From IMG/VR virus record IMGVR_UViG_3300043772_000427, positions 1 to 63,282 of that record: a DNA stretch of 63,282 nt; one strand, 5' to 3'. A program made the position numbers and the translations under genes. The stretch comes from a virus. Taxonomy: Duplodnaviria > Caudoviricetes. Below are positions 56,461 through 63,282 of this stretch, one piece after another; positions within the stretch are counted from its first letter, which is position 1, and every line of letters starts with the position of its first letter. The notes beneath the pieces were generated by a model. The model saw only the letters and a program-made list of their open reading frames with translations, had not been told where the DNA came from and did not search any database.

Positions 56461-56877
56461 TTAATTTGAAGAGCGAATTAACGCGGTTGTTGCCGTATTA
56501 GATGGCATGGTTACGAGGAAGGAGCTGGATGTTTTATCTGAGCCAAAGTCCAACACCGCCACCGATCTGTTTGCCTTGGTAACATTGTAGATCAAAGCGC
56601 ATCGCGCTGTCACTGCCGCACCAAAAGCTGCATTGTTAAAGTTCACGTAGGCGGTGTAGCCATCCGAATTAATGGTCACGCCAGTCAACGCAATCCCACC
56701 TGCCACATAACCACCACCCGTCACCTCATTGGTAACGCTATAAACCGTTGTGGTTTCGTTTAAATCTGCGCTAGCTGTGTACAGAGCAATATTGAACGTG
56801 TCTGTCGTAAAGTCATGCACGGCCTGATACAGCTCCTTTTTGAAGCTGGTGGTTTGCGTTTGGACAATAGAACTCAT
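56461..56877 (-). CDS. virion structural protein (tail)
   Basis: SFK.EL, ALYT, NEV.G.GY.AGG, ALIYN, VLDFG.DK. Confidence 0.65.
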   Translation of the reverse strand: MSSIVQTQTTSFKKELYQAVHDFTTDTFNIALYTASADLNETTTVYSVTNEVTGGGYVAGGIALTGVTINSDGYTAYVNFNNAAFGAAVTARCALIYNVTKANRSVAVLDFGSDKTSSSFLVTMPSNTATTALIRSSN

Positions 56878-57524
56878 GAAACTTGAATCCTAAGTTGGCC
56901 GTCACGGTAAGCATCCTGACGCTGTTTGCCATCACCCAAGTTCTTGAGCAGAGCAATCGCTTGCACATAGCGATCTTGATACAACTTAACCATGTCTGCC
57001 TCACCCTTCATGTAGGTGACTGCCTCGCACATCGTTCCATACAACAGCGCAGAGTCAAAGTTATCACCCAACCAAGTCTGGCCAGCAGTCACAATGGATT
57101 CTGGGTAGTAGTAAAAATGCAACTCAACACCGTAGTTGGTATTTGGTGTAGGGCCAAGGATAAACGACAGCTCTTTGGAATCAGATGTTGACGGGCCAAA
57201 GATGGCGTAATGCTTTGGAAGACCCGTTGCAGATGAGCTGGGATATGCTTCACGGATGAAGTTCACATCTTTGTTGAGCAAATAAACATAGTCGCCGTTG
57301 GTGTTAATCACTGCCAAAGAATATGTAGACAGGAAGTCGCCGGGAGCAGACAAGTATTTATTGTTTGCCGACAAAGTACCCGTCATGTTTCTACGCAAAT
57401 TAGCAATCTGAACAGTGTTGTAAATACGCTGCTCCGCCTGCCGAATGAACGTGTCCATATCCACCGTGGGAAACGTGTTCTCACAGTAATCTGAAACCAA
57501 CGTGACGAGTTCGTTGTATGTCAT
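56874..57524 (-). CDS. head-tail adaptor-like protein
   Basis: MTY.EL...FI.QAE.RI, G.P.HY, PTP...Y, LLYG...EA. Confidence 0.6.
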   Translation of the reverse strand: MTYNELVTLVSDYCENTFPTVDMDTFIRQAEQRIYNTVQIANLRRNMTGTLSANNKYLSAPGDFLSTYSLAVINTNGDYVYLLNKDVNFIREAYPSSSATGLPKHYAIFGPSTSDSKELSFILGPTPNTNYGVELHFYYYPESIVTAGQTWLGDNFDSALLYGTMCEAVTYMKGEADMVKLYQDRYVQAIALLKNLGDGKQRQDAYRDGQLRIQVS

Positions 57525-57784
57525 GCCATCGGGCCTCTAGACATAAAGCCTTTAGTAGCTGCACCTGCGCCACGCATTTTGATGCCAGTTGTCTTAGTTG
57601 CTGGCTGTGCACGGCGACTAATATTTCCAACAGACATATTGACGGTATTGGCATCGCTATGGTCAGGGCCAGAACCCGGATTGTCGGAAGCCTTAACAAC
57701 TTTACCAGTCATGGTGTGGGGTGTGGCATAGACGGCAGCATCGCCGACTTCTTTACCCATTAATTTTTTGCTAAATGTAGCCAT
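57521..57784 (-). CDS. small basic protein
   Basis: C-terminal MRGAGAATKG...GPMA. Confidence 0.65.
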   Translation of the reverse strand: MATFSKKLMGKEVGDAAVYATPHTMTGKVVKASDNPGSGPDHSDANTVNMSVGNISRRAQPATKTTGIKMRGAGAATKGFMSRGPMA

Positions 57785-57786
57785 GA

Positions 57787-57975
57787 TTAGCCTCGTTTCT
57801 GTGCGGCAATTTTTGCCAAGTTACGGCCCATAGACAACATATCGGCATTGGTTTTACCCTTACCTTTGCCTTTGCCGCCGTGCATCATTTTAGCAACGGG
57901 GCCACTATCGCCGTAGTTTTTACCTTCGGTCTTGCCTTTTTTAGCAATACCGTCAGCTGATTTTGTAAATGCCAT
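57787..57975 (-). CDS. small basic protein (ADGIAKKGKT motif)
   Basis: AAGGAG RBS; start at MAFTK. Confidence 0.65.
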   Translation of the reverse strand: MAFTKSADGIAKKGKTEGKNYGDSGPVAKMMHGGKGKGKGKTNADMLSMGRNLAKIAAQKRG

Positions 57976-57985
57976 AATTAACTCC

Positions 57986-58369
57986 TTAAGATATTGATAC
58001 TGTACCAACAAATGTCGTTGCCACCAAGTAGTTGGGGGTCAATTCTGCATCAAAAAATCTAGATCCACCAACAGGCTGCCAACCCCACTGAATGTCCCGT
58101 GAACCACCTGAAAGATTGCCGTTAGCGTTTACACCAGAAGTCACATACGTTGTATCTTTACGTGGATTACGCAAAGCCTGTGGATCATCTACTGGAAACG
58201 TTCCAAGCATTAACTGCGGCTGATCTGGATCCCAACACGTAGGGCAAACCAACAGCTCGTACTTACGCTGCTTAATGATCTCAGTCTTAAGCCGCTTTAA
58301 TCTGTACTGTTGGCCGCAGCGATCACATTCAGCAATCGCTATCTTGCCGGATGCAAATCTATTGCCCAT
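57986..58369 (-). CDS. zinc-ribbon protein
   Basis: CDRCG...VCPTCW, PQL, DPQAL..PR.D. Confidence 0.7.
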   Translation of the reverse strand: MGNRFASGKIAIAECDRCGQQYRLKRLKTEIIKQRKYELLVCPTCWDPDQPQLMLGTFPVDDPQALRNPRKDTTYVTSGVNANGNLSGGSRDIQWGWQPVGGSRFFDAELTPNYLVATTFVGTVSIS

Positions 58370-59298
58370 TAGTAGCTACCACCAATGTACTGCTGACGAG
58401 GCACAAACCTGACCGGGGCTTTCTCACGGTCTTCACCAGCGGCGATCTCAAATGTCTCGTCGTAAATCTGTTTCAACATCTGGATGCGGGGCATCAGCTC
58501 AGGCACTTTAACTGCGATGTGATACGCCAAGCCCGCTACCAAACATGGCAGGAAGCGGAAGTTCATGTCTGCTGTCTCAACACCAGCGCCAGCATCTTGT
58601 ACTCGGCGCAGTCTCCAGTACACAAACTGGTAAGGAGTAGAGTTGTCAGGCGTAGGCCAGACAGTTACAGCAGGAAGCTGAGGAACATACACGGCAGTAT
58701 TAATCACATGAGAAGCTGCGGTCGTATTGTTCTGGCCACGGAACACACCGCCTAGGGTATTCCCTGTGACGTATGTGTAATAGATGTCTTCGGTGTCTAG
58801 GCGTATAAACCCAGCATTGGCTAACCCAACCACCGTGTTAAGCGTGATCGTGGTGTCTGTAGAGTTGATGGCCGTGGCGAGCACAGAGCTTGTAGGATTA
58901 GTTTCCCCAGATAGACGCTGAATCCAAACTTGAATTGGGCGAGCCTGACTAAGTTTATTTGGGATAGTGGCGTAAGTAGAAACACTAATACGCGAGATTG
59001 TTAAGTCTGCCTGTGTAGAAGAAGTGTTTGATCCGGTACGAATCACATGCTCCAGCAAATCAATCGTATCTGTTGGTAGTGCATATGTAGCTAAACCGGG
59101 AGTCAGGTTAATGATCCCCTGCTCCATCGTCCACATATTGATACCCTTGTTCTGCCACTCGATGGTCATCAAGTTCATAGACCTGCGAGCTGTACGCAAG
59201 TCATAACCAGAACGCATTTCACGACCGGCTCGCTCCCACGCTTCCTCGGCAATCTCCGTGAAGTCCATATTGAACAGTGTGGTTCCGGTAGTGGTCAT
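58369..59298 (-). CDS. head-tail connector / tubular-A-like protein with an inserted beta domain
   Basis: EEAWER.G, GYD..TARRS.N, W.N.G.N.W, WP.PD, FLPCL.AGLAY. Confidence 0.6.
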   Translation of the reverse strand: MTTTGTTLFNMDFTEIAEEAWERAGREMRSGYDLRTARRSMNLMTIEWQNKGINMWTMEQGIINLTPGLATYALPTDTIDLLEHVIRTGSNTSSTQADLTISRISVSTYATIPNKLSQARPIQVWIQRLSGETNPTSSVLATAINSTDTTITLNTVVGLANAGFIRLDTEDIYYTYVTGNTLGGVFRGQNNTTAASHVINTAVYVPQLPAVTVWPTPDNSTPYQFVYWRLRRVQDAGAGVETADMNFRFLPCLVAGLAYHIAVKVPELMPRIQMLKQIYDETFEIAAGEDREKAPVRFVPRQQYIGGSY

Positions 59299-59528
59299 CT
59301 AAATCCTGCCGTTTTCTTTGCAATCGTTTTGGGTTGGGCTACAAACTGTTTACCAGACGCCTTGCCAGCACGTTTAGCTTTGGTTGTAGCCGCATACTCT
59401 TGAGGAGACAAAGATTTAATCGCTGCTTCAGGCAAATACCGCTCACCCGTCTTACTCGACGGTTTACCAGACTTAGTGCGCCACTTTTGGTCGCCCCAGT
59501 CTTTAAGCGATTTCTGAGGAGCTTTCAA
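59295..59528 (-). CDS. small basic protein (DUF5872-like)
   Basis: SLK.W..QKWRTKSGK...ERYLP. Confidence 0.65.
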   Translation of the reverse strand: MKAPQKSLKDWGDQKWRTKSGKPSSKTGERYLPEAAIKSLSPQEYAATTKAKRAGKASGKQFVAQPKTIAKKTAGFR

Positions 59529-59800
59529 TCTTTATACCCTCCACCGGCTTCTTTGTATTTTTTAGCTACAAGCTGCGCTTTACGGGCTGACCATTGGCCT
59601 GCTCCAGTGCCATGAGTCGCTGCGGCTTTTACTTGAGACACAATCCGCTTACGCAGGCCGGGCTTGGTGTAGTTACCGGCAGCGTTAACTTTACCGCCTT
59701 CAGCATACTGCGTGAAGTCAGTATCATCACGGCGGGCTTTCTTTTTCCCGCCGGGCATCTTAGATGGGGATATGGCCCCCATGCCGCGACTGGCCATCAT
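59525..59800 (-). CDS. small basic protein
   Basis: YAEGG; NYTKP.LR; GQWSARKAQ...YK..GGGY. Confidence 0.7.
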   Translation of the reverse strand: MMASRGMGAISPSKMPGGKKKARRDDTDFTQYAEGGKVNAAGNYTKPGLRKRIVSQVKAAATHGTGAGQWSARKAQLVAKKYKEAGGGYKD

Positions 59801-59803
59801 GGT

Positions 59804-60031
59804 TTAGCACATCTTTCCGCGTGTTTTACCACGCTTAGCAATACCGTCTGCGCGGGTAACGCCACCTTTAGCATAACCAGCAGCCTTGATCTTAGAACGA
59901 ACTTTTTCGTCCTCAACATCGCGCTTAGCCTCTTCTATTTTGGCGCGTGTTTCTGGATAAACTACCTCATCCAAAGAACCGGGTGTGCGGCGTGGTTTGT
60001 ATTGCTTTGCAGCTTCTGGTGTCATTGGCAT
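59804..60031 (-). CDS. small protein with YAKGG and RADGIAKRGKTRG
   Basis: 75 aa with AAGGA RBS. Confidence 0.7.
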   Translation of the reverse strand: MPMTPEAAKQYKPRRTPGSLDEVVYPETRAKIEEAKRDVEDEKVRSKIKAAGYAKGGVTRADGIAKRGKTRGKMC

Positions 60032-60040
60032 GATGTTTCC

Positions 60041-60517
60041 TTAGCATTTGCCACCATTACGCATAGCAATCATTGTTCCTTTGGTCTTGCCTTTGGAAGC
60101 AATGCCATCAGGTGTCTTGCCAGTCTTTACAGCGCCCATCTTAGATGCAGCCATACCGCCACCGGCCAGCTTAGTCATAGATGCGCCTTTATGCAAACGG
60201 CCTTCGTGTTTGTTCACGGCCTTCTGCATCATGGACTTGTCCATCTTTACATCTTTGTGGGCCATACCGCCTTTGGCCATCTTGCCTTTGCCATCAGCAG
60301 CAAAGTCAGGAACCATTTTGCCGCCCTTTTTGACCATAGTCATACCGCCGTCTGCGTAACCTTTTTTCATATCGCCACCTTTAGAAAATTTACGGCCTTT
60401 ATCAGCCTCATTAAACTCTTTACCCACAGACTGTGGGACGCCTGCTTTCTTAGCAAACGCTGGGTTGTTAGCCACCGCCGCCATGAAATTGTGTTGCTTC
60501 TTGCTTGTACTTGGCAT
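60041..60517 (-). CDS. Lys/Met/Gly-rich protein with six xxxGG motifs
   Basis: MPSTSKKQ..FMAA start. Confidence 0.75.
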   Translation of the reverse strand: MPSTSKKQHNFMAAVANNPAFAKKAGVPQSVGKEFNEADKGRKFSKGGDMKKGYADGGMTMVKKGGKMVPDFAADGKGKMAKGGMAHKDVKMDKSMMQKAVNKHEGRLHKGASMTKLAGGGMAASKMGAVKTGKTPDGIASKGKTKGTMIAMRNGGKC

Positions 60518-60789
60518 TACAGCACTCGGCCCTTAGTCTTACCACGTTCAGCTATGCCATCAGCACGCTTAGAAGCGGAACCAACTTTACCGCCCTTGTT
60601 AAAACTTTTACTCCAACGAACGCCATATCCTTTGCCAACTTTGGCGGGTTCTAGCTTACCGCCGCCAAGAGGAATACTTACGGCATCGCGAAGGCTTCTG
60701 CCAAGTGATGATGGCTCCCCAAAATTTGGAGTGCCATCGCCTCTAGGTGGCGGCGGTGGAGGTGGTGGTGCAGGGTTTCCATTTGACAT
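60517..60789 (-). CDS. small protein with poly-Pro, FNKGG and RADGIAERGKTKG
   Basis: 90 aa, translationally coupled. Confidence 0.65.
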   Translation of the reverse strand: MSNGNPAPPPPPPPPRGDGTPNFGEPSSLGRSLRDAVSIPLGGGKLEPAKVGKGYGVRWSKSFNKGGKVGSASKRADGIAERGKTKGRVL

Positions 60790-60795
60790 GATTAA

Positions 60796-61041
60796 TTATC
60801 CTTTTTGAATAAGTTGGTCAATTTTTGCTTCAAGCTTGTTAAAGCGCTGGTCAATGTGGTTTGTAATGCGGTCAACTTCTGCTTGAGTAACATTATCACG
60901 GGCAACCTCCTCGCGTGTTTTGTTCAAAAGAATACTGATACGAGCCAGCTCCCTGAACTTTTCATTCATCATGTAGCCCAGCAGTCCCATCACCAAAGAA
61001 AGGACAGCAGACCATGCGGTGTTTAGATCTAACAATTCCAA
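60796..61041 (-). CDS. small TM + coiled-coil protein
   Basis: N-terminal hydrophobic helix; TREEVARD...RFNKLEAKID. Confidence 0.7.
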   Translation of the reverse strand: MELLDLNTAWSAVLSLVMGLLGYMMNEKFRELARISILLNKTREEVARDNVTQAEVDRITNHIDQRFNKLEAKIDQLIQKG

Positions 61042-61274
61042 GCCCTCAATGATTTATTGATTCTTGAATTCGGATCGTTGGCGGTCTTGGCAGAGGTCAG
61101 TTTCTTTTTCATGCCACTCATCCTTGCACAGAAGGAGTCGCGCCGTGAGCCGCCTTCCGGCTGGGGAGGTTTCAAGTTCATGCCTTGCGCTTTCGCGGAG
61201 GCCCGACCTTTGGCGTTCAAGCCGCCCTTCTCGGACTTGCCTTCTTTCCTCTGCCATGCTGGTGACTTAGCCAT
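61029..61274 (-). CDS. small basic protein (DUF6321-like)
   Basis: GGLNAKGR...SFCARM...NSR...LRAWNC. Confidence 0.7.
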   Translation of the reverse strand: MAKSPAWQRKEGKSEKGGLNAKGRASAKAQGMNLKPPQPEGGSRRDSFCARMSGMKKKLTSAKTANDPNSRINKSLRAWNC

Positions 61275-61551
61275 AAAACACCGTGATTTTTGAAGCTGTA
61301 GGTAGGGTTACGTGTATATCAGTAATATACAAAACTCCTTCGCCCGGCACTAAAACAGAAAACGCAGATTGGTTGGTAGACAAATTAAACTGAAGACGAG
61401 CTGTGCCGGAAGCACCACCATCTCTAAGAATAATGTCTCCCGCAGTACCACCGGGCGTAACAATCAGACCCTTAAGCCTGTTGCGTCCCGACACCACTGT
61501 GCCTGTAGTTTCTCTGTGAACCGCTTTAACGTCAGTTTGCATCATAATCAA
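61267..61551 (-). CDS. small virion structural protein
   Basis: QTDVKA...RLKG...PGEGVL...TVFYG. Confidence 0.65.
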   Translation of the reverse strand: MIMMQTDVKAVHRETTGTVVSGRNRLKGLIVTPGGTAGDIILRDGGASGTARLQFNLSTNQSAFSVLVPGEGVLYITDIHVTLPTASKITVFYG

Positions 61552-61560
61552 TCTCCTTTA

Positions 61561-61580
61561 AAAACGGGGCCGAAGCCCCT
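61561..61580 (-). terminator. intrinsic terminator / attenuator
   Basis: Minus strand GGGGC-TTCG-GCCCC followed by GTTTTT. Confidence 0.7.
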
Positions 61581-61588
61581 TGAGTTGA

Positions 61589-62137
61589 TTAGGAATCTGC
61601 GAATGGTGTAGCAACAGTACCGGAACCAATAACGTTTCCAGTCACCATGTACTTGTCAGCAGCAATAGCAACAATTTGAATCCATGTGCCAGCAACACCG
61701 CCGGTAGTTGTACCGTTCAAGTTGATGAAGTCATTGGAAGAACCGTTAGCAGAGAAGGCAACCACAGCGCCAGATGAGTCTGAATCAATAGACATTACAG
61801 CGCCAACGTACAAATCGCTGGAACCAGAAGTTGTACCAATCTTCAAAGAGCTTGTAGAGATGGTTGTAGGAACCCAGATTGTGTAAACAACGCCTTCGTT
61901 GTTGGCTGTGCTTGGGTCTTGACCGGGGCCAGACGTTGTAGAGTTAGTTGAAACATTGATCGCAGGCAGTGTCAATGTTAGTGCAGCAGCCAAAGAACCA
62001 CCAACTGCGATGATACGACCGCCGTGAGCTTCTGGGCTTAATGTGGTGCTTGTTGTGATCTCAACGACAGCCGCTGGGCCTTGTTGATAAATGCCGCCCA
62101 ATGAACGAACTGGGCCTTGAAACGTGGTACGTGCCAT
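61589..62137 (-). CDS. putative capsid decoration / fibre protein
   Basis: MARTTFQGPVRS start with AAGGA RBS; Ser/Thr/Gly-rich; directly downstream of the major capsid gene. Confidence 0.6.
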   Translation of the reverse strand: MARTTFQGPVRSLGGIYQQGPAAVVEITTSTTLSPEAHGGRIIAVGGSLAAALTLTLPAINVSTNSTTSGPGQDPSTANNEGVVYTIWVPTTISTSSLKIGTTSGSSDLYVGAVMSIDSDSSGAVVAFSANGSSNDFINLNGTTTGGVAGTWIQIVAIAADKYMVTGNVIGSGTVATPFADS

Positions 62138-62145
62138 GATATGTG

Positions 62146-62222
62146 TCCTTACATACAAGTTAAGTGCATCAGTCTGTATGTCGTCAGCCGGGACTGTCTA
62201 ATGCACCGGATAAGCCCGGATT
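62146..62222 (-). ncRNA. putative pseudoknotted 5' leader RNA
   Basis: Three interleaved stems ending at the RBS, starting just after a TTGTGC-N17-TATATT promoter match. Confidence 0.55.
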
Positions 62223-62237
62223 GAAAGCAATATACAA

Positions 62238-62268
62238 CAAAAGAAAAGGGGGCACAAGGCCCCCCTTC
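62238..62268 (-). terminator. capsid-gene terminator overlapping a promoter -35
   Basis: Minus strand GAAGGGGGGC-CTTGT-GCCCCCTTTTC followed by TTTT. Confidence 0.75.
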
Positions 62269-62287
62269 AAATATTTCCAAAGAAATA

Positions 62288-63199
62288 TTAGGCTCCGGGT
62301 GAACCGAAGATACCCAGTGGGTCAGACACGCCGAAGCTGTAACGCTCACGGGCTTTGTAACGAACGTTACCTGTGTCAAAATCACCGTCCATGCTGGTAG
62401 ACATGGGGGTGCGGATGAAGTGCTTCAAACCGTTAGGCACATCAGTCAACAGGAACCAAGCATTGGTGTCTGTCAAATAGTGGTTAACGCAATAGCCATC
62501 AGGGATAGAACCATTGTTCTTCAATGCGTTGATGTCATTGTCAGCTGTAGAAACACGGAGTTCGGTTTCAAGCAAACGAGTGGCAACGAATTGCAGAGCA
62601 GGTGGAATCACCAACTTCTTGGGCTTAGCGGCGATCAACAAGCTACGCTCATCTGTCCAAGCAGCGATTTGAATAACAGCGTTTTCCAACGATGTTTCAT
62701 TCAAGTCAGAAGCGGTAGATGGAGTGTTACTGTTAGTACCACCAGAAACCAATGGGTGGGCAGTGTTACACAAAGTAACGCCGTCACCGTAGGTGATGCC
62801 TGAGCCAGAAAAAGCGTTGTTCAGAACGAACGCGGCCTTAACTTGCTTTGTGTAAGCCATACCACGGGCCAGAGCCTTGGTATAACGTGAAGACAGGCTG
62901 TCGTACAAGTTATCTTCCACAGCTTCCTCTGTGATGGCAAAGCCCATCGCAATGGTTTCGTGGGTGTAACGTGCAGTAAAAGCTTCCTGTGCGTTGTCAT
63001 AAGCGATGGCAGCGCCCTCGTTCTTGACTGGTGCAGCAGCAAAGCCAGACAGCTTTGTCTCTTCTTCAAAGCTACGCTCAGATGACTCTGTTTCGTAGAT
63101 TTCTTTGTGCTCTTCGCCGTATTTAGCGTACTCAAGACCGAACAATGCGTTCAAGCCGGGGAGTAATTCTTTGAGCAGTTGTGCGCGTGAAATAGCCAT
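62288..63199 (-). CDS. major capsid protein (HK97 fold)
   Basis: MAISRAQLLKELLPGLNALFG, K.EG..I.YD, P.KL..PP.L, AWFL, K.RERYSFG..D; AAGGAG RBS; followed by a terminator. Confidence 0.9.
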   Translation of the reverse strand: MAISRAQLLKELLPGLNALFGLEYAKYGEEHKEIYETESSERSFEEETKLSGFAAAPVKNEGAAIAYDNAQEAFTARYTHETIAMGFAITEEAVEDNLYDSLSSRYTKALARGMAYTKQVKAAFVLNNAFSGSGITYGDGVTLCNTAHPLVSGGTNSNTPSTASDLNETSLENAVIQIAAWTDERSLLIAAKPKKLVIPPALQFVATRLLETELRVSTADNDINALKNNGSIPDGYCVNHYLTDTNAWFLLTDVPNGLKHFIRTPMSTSMDGDFDTGNVRYKARERYSFGVSDPLGIFGSPGA

Positions 63200-63282
63200 G
63201 ATTTAGCTCCTTAGATGCCAACGGCGTTAGTGAAAGCGGAAGCGCCGGGATTGAACTTAACAAACACTTCAGTGTAAGTATC
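63156..63282. repeat. 127-bp terminal direct repeat (copy 2)
   Basis: Identical to 1-127. Confidence 0.95.

Noticed and set aside
57787-60789. The GKT in DGIAxxGKT as a Walker A P-loop
   Set aside because: The spacing fits GxxxxGKT, but the proteins are too small and disordered for an NTPase fold, with no preceding beta strand or Walker B.
59594-60808. 404-aa + strand ORF and similar antisense ORFs across the late arm
   Set aside because: These shadow well-supported minus-strand genes and have no RBS or recognisable motifs.
62151-62220. HDV-like/theta ribozyme call for the leader pseudoknot
   Set aside because: There is no room for a P3/L3 hairpin and P1.1 between the first two helices, so the family was left unassigned.
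63156-63282. 127-bp terminal direct repeat as a biological genome terminus
   Set aside because: The length equals a common assembler k-mer and the repeat cuts through coding sequence, so it indicates circular assembly only.
1-63282. tRNA genes, integrase/lysogeny module, reverse transcriptase/DGR, stop-codon recoding
   Set aside because: None was recognisable by eye, and genes are dense and intact in the standard code. tRNAscan-SE and HMM searches would be needed to exclude them formally.

Overview
The window is an apparently complete, circularly assembled tailed-phage genome of about 63,155 bp. Bases 1-127 repeat exactly at 63156-63282, which fits an assembly overlap. Two arms diverge from a G-rich non-coding region at about 7360-7730. 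The + arm (7731-32097) holds early and accessory genes, an origin-like region (10147-10690), a DUF3150-like/AAA+/metallopeptidase-vWA operon and a replication module (family-A DNA polymerase, Cas4-like nuclease, SNF2 helicase, primase-helicase). The - arm holds terminase, portal, GroES-like co-chaperonin, scaffold, major capsid, a run of small basic proteins, short-tail and fibre genes, a lysis cassette and four large probable ejection proteins. The gene set looks podovirus-like: I found no sheath, tail tube or tape measure, and no integrase, tRNA or CRISPR array. Best candidates for undescribed biology: (1) a structured non-coding element of about 80-110 nt, present three times around two paralogous unknown genes and linked to a six-copy TTTCA-N8-TGAAA palindrome; (2) a shared hydrophobic-x-x-GG peptide tag in eight late proteins, with a candidate reader domain; (3) repeated TonB-box-like motifs in a probable ejected protein; (4) two structured leader RNAs; (5) a T4-gpT-like holin candidate. 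All protein family calls come from motif recognition by eye, not from database searches.
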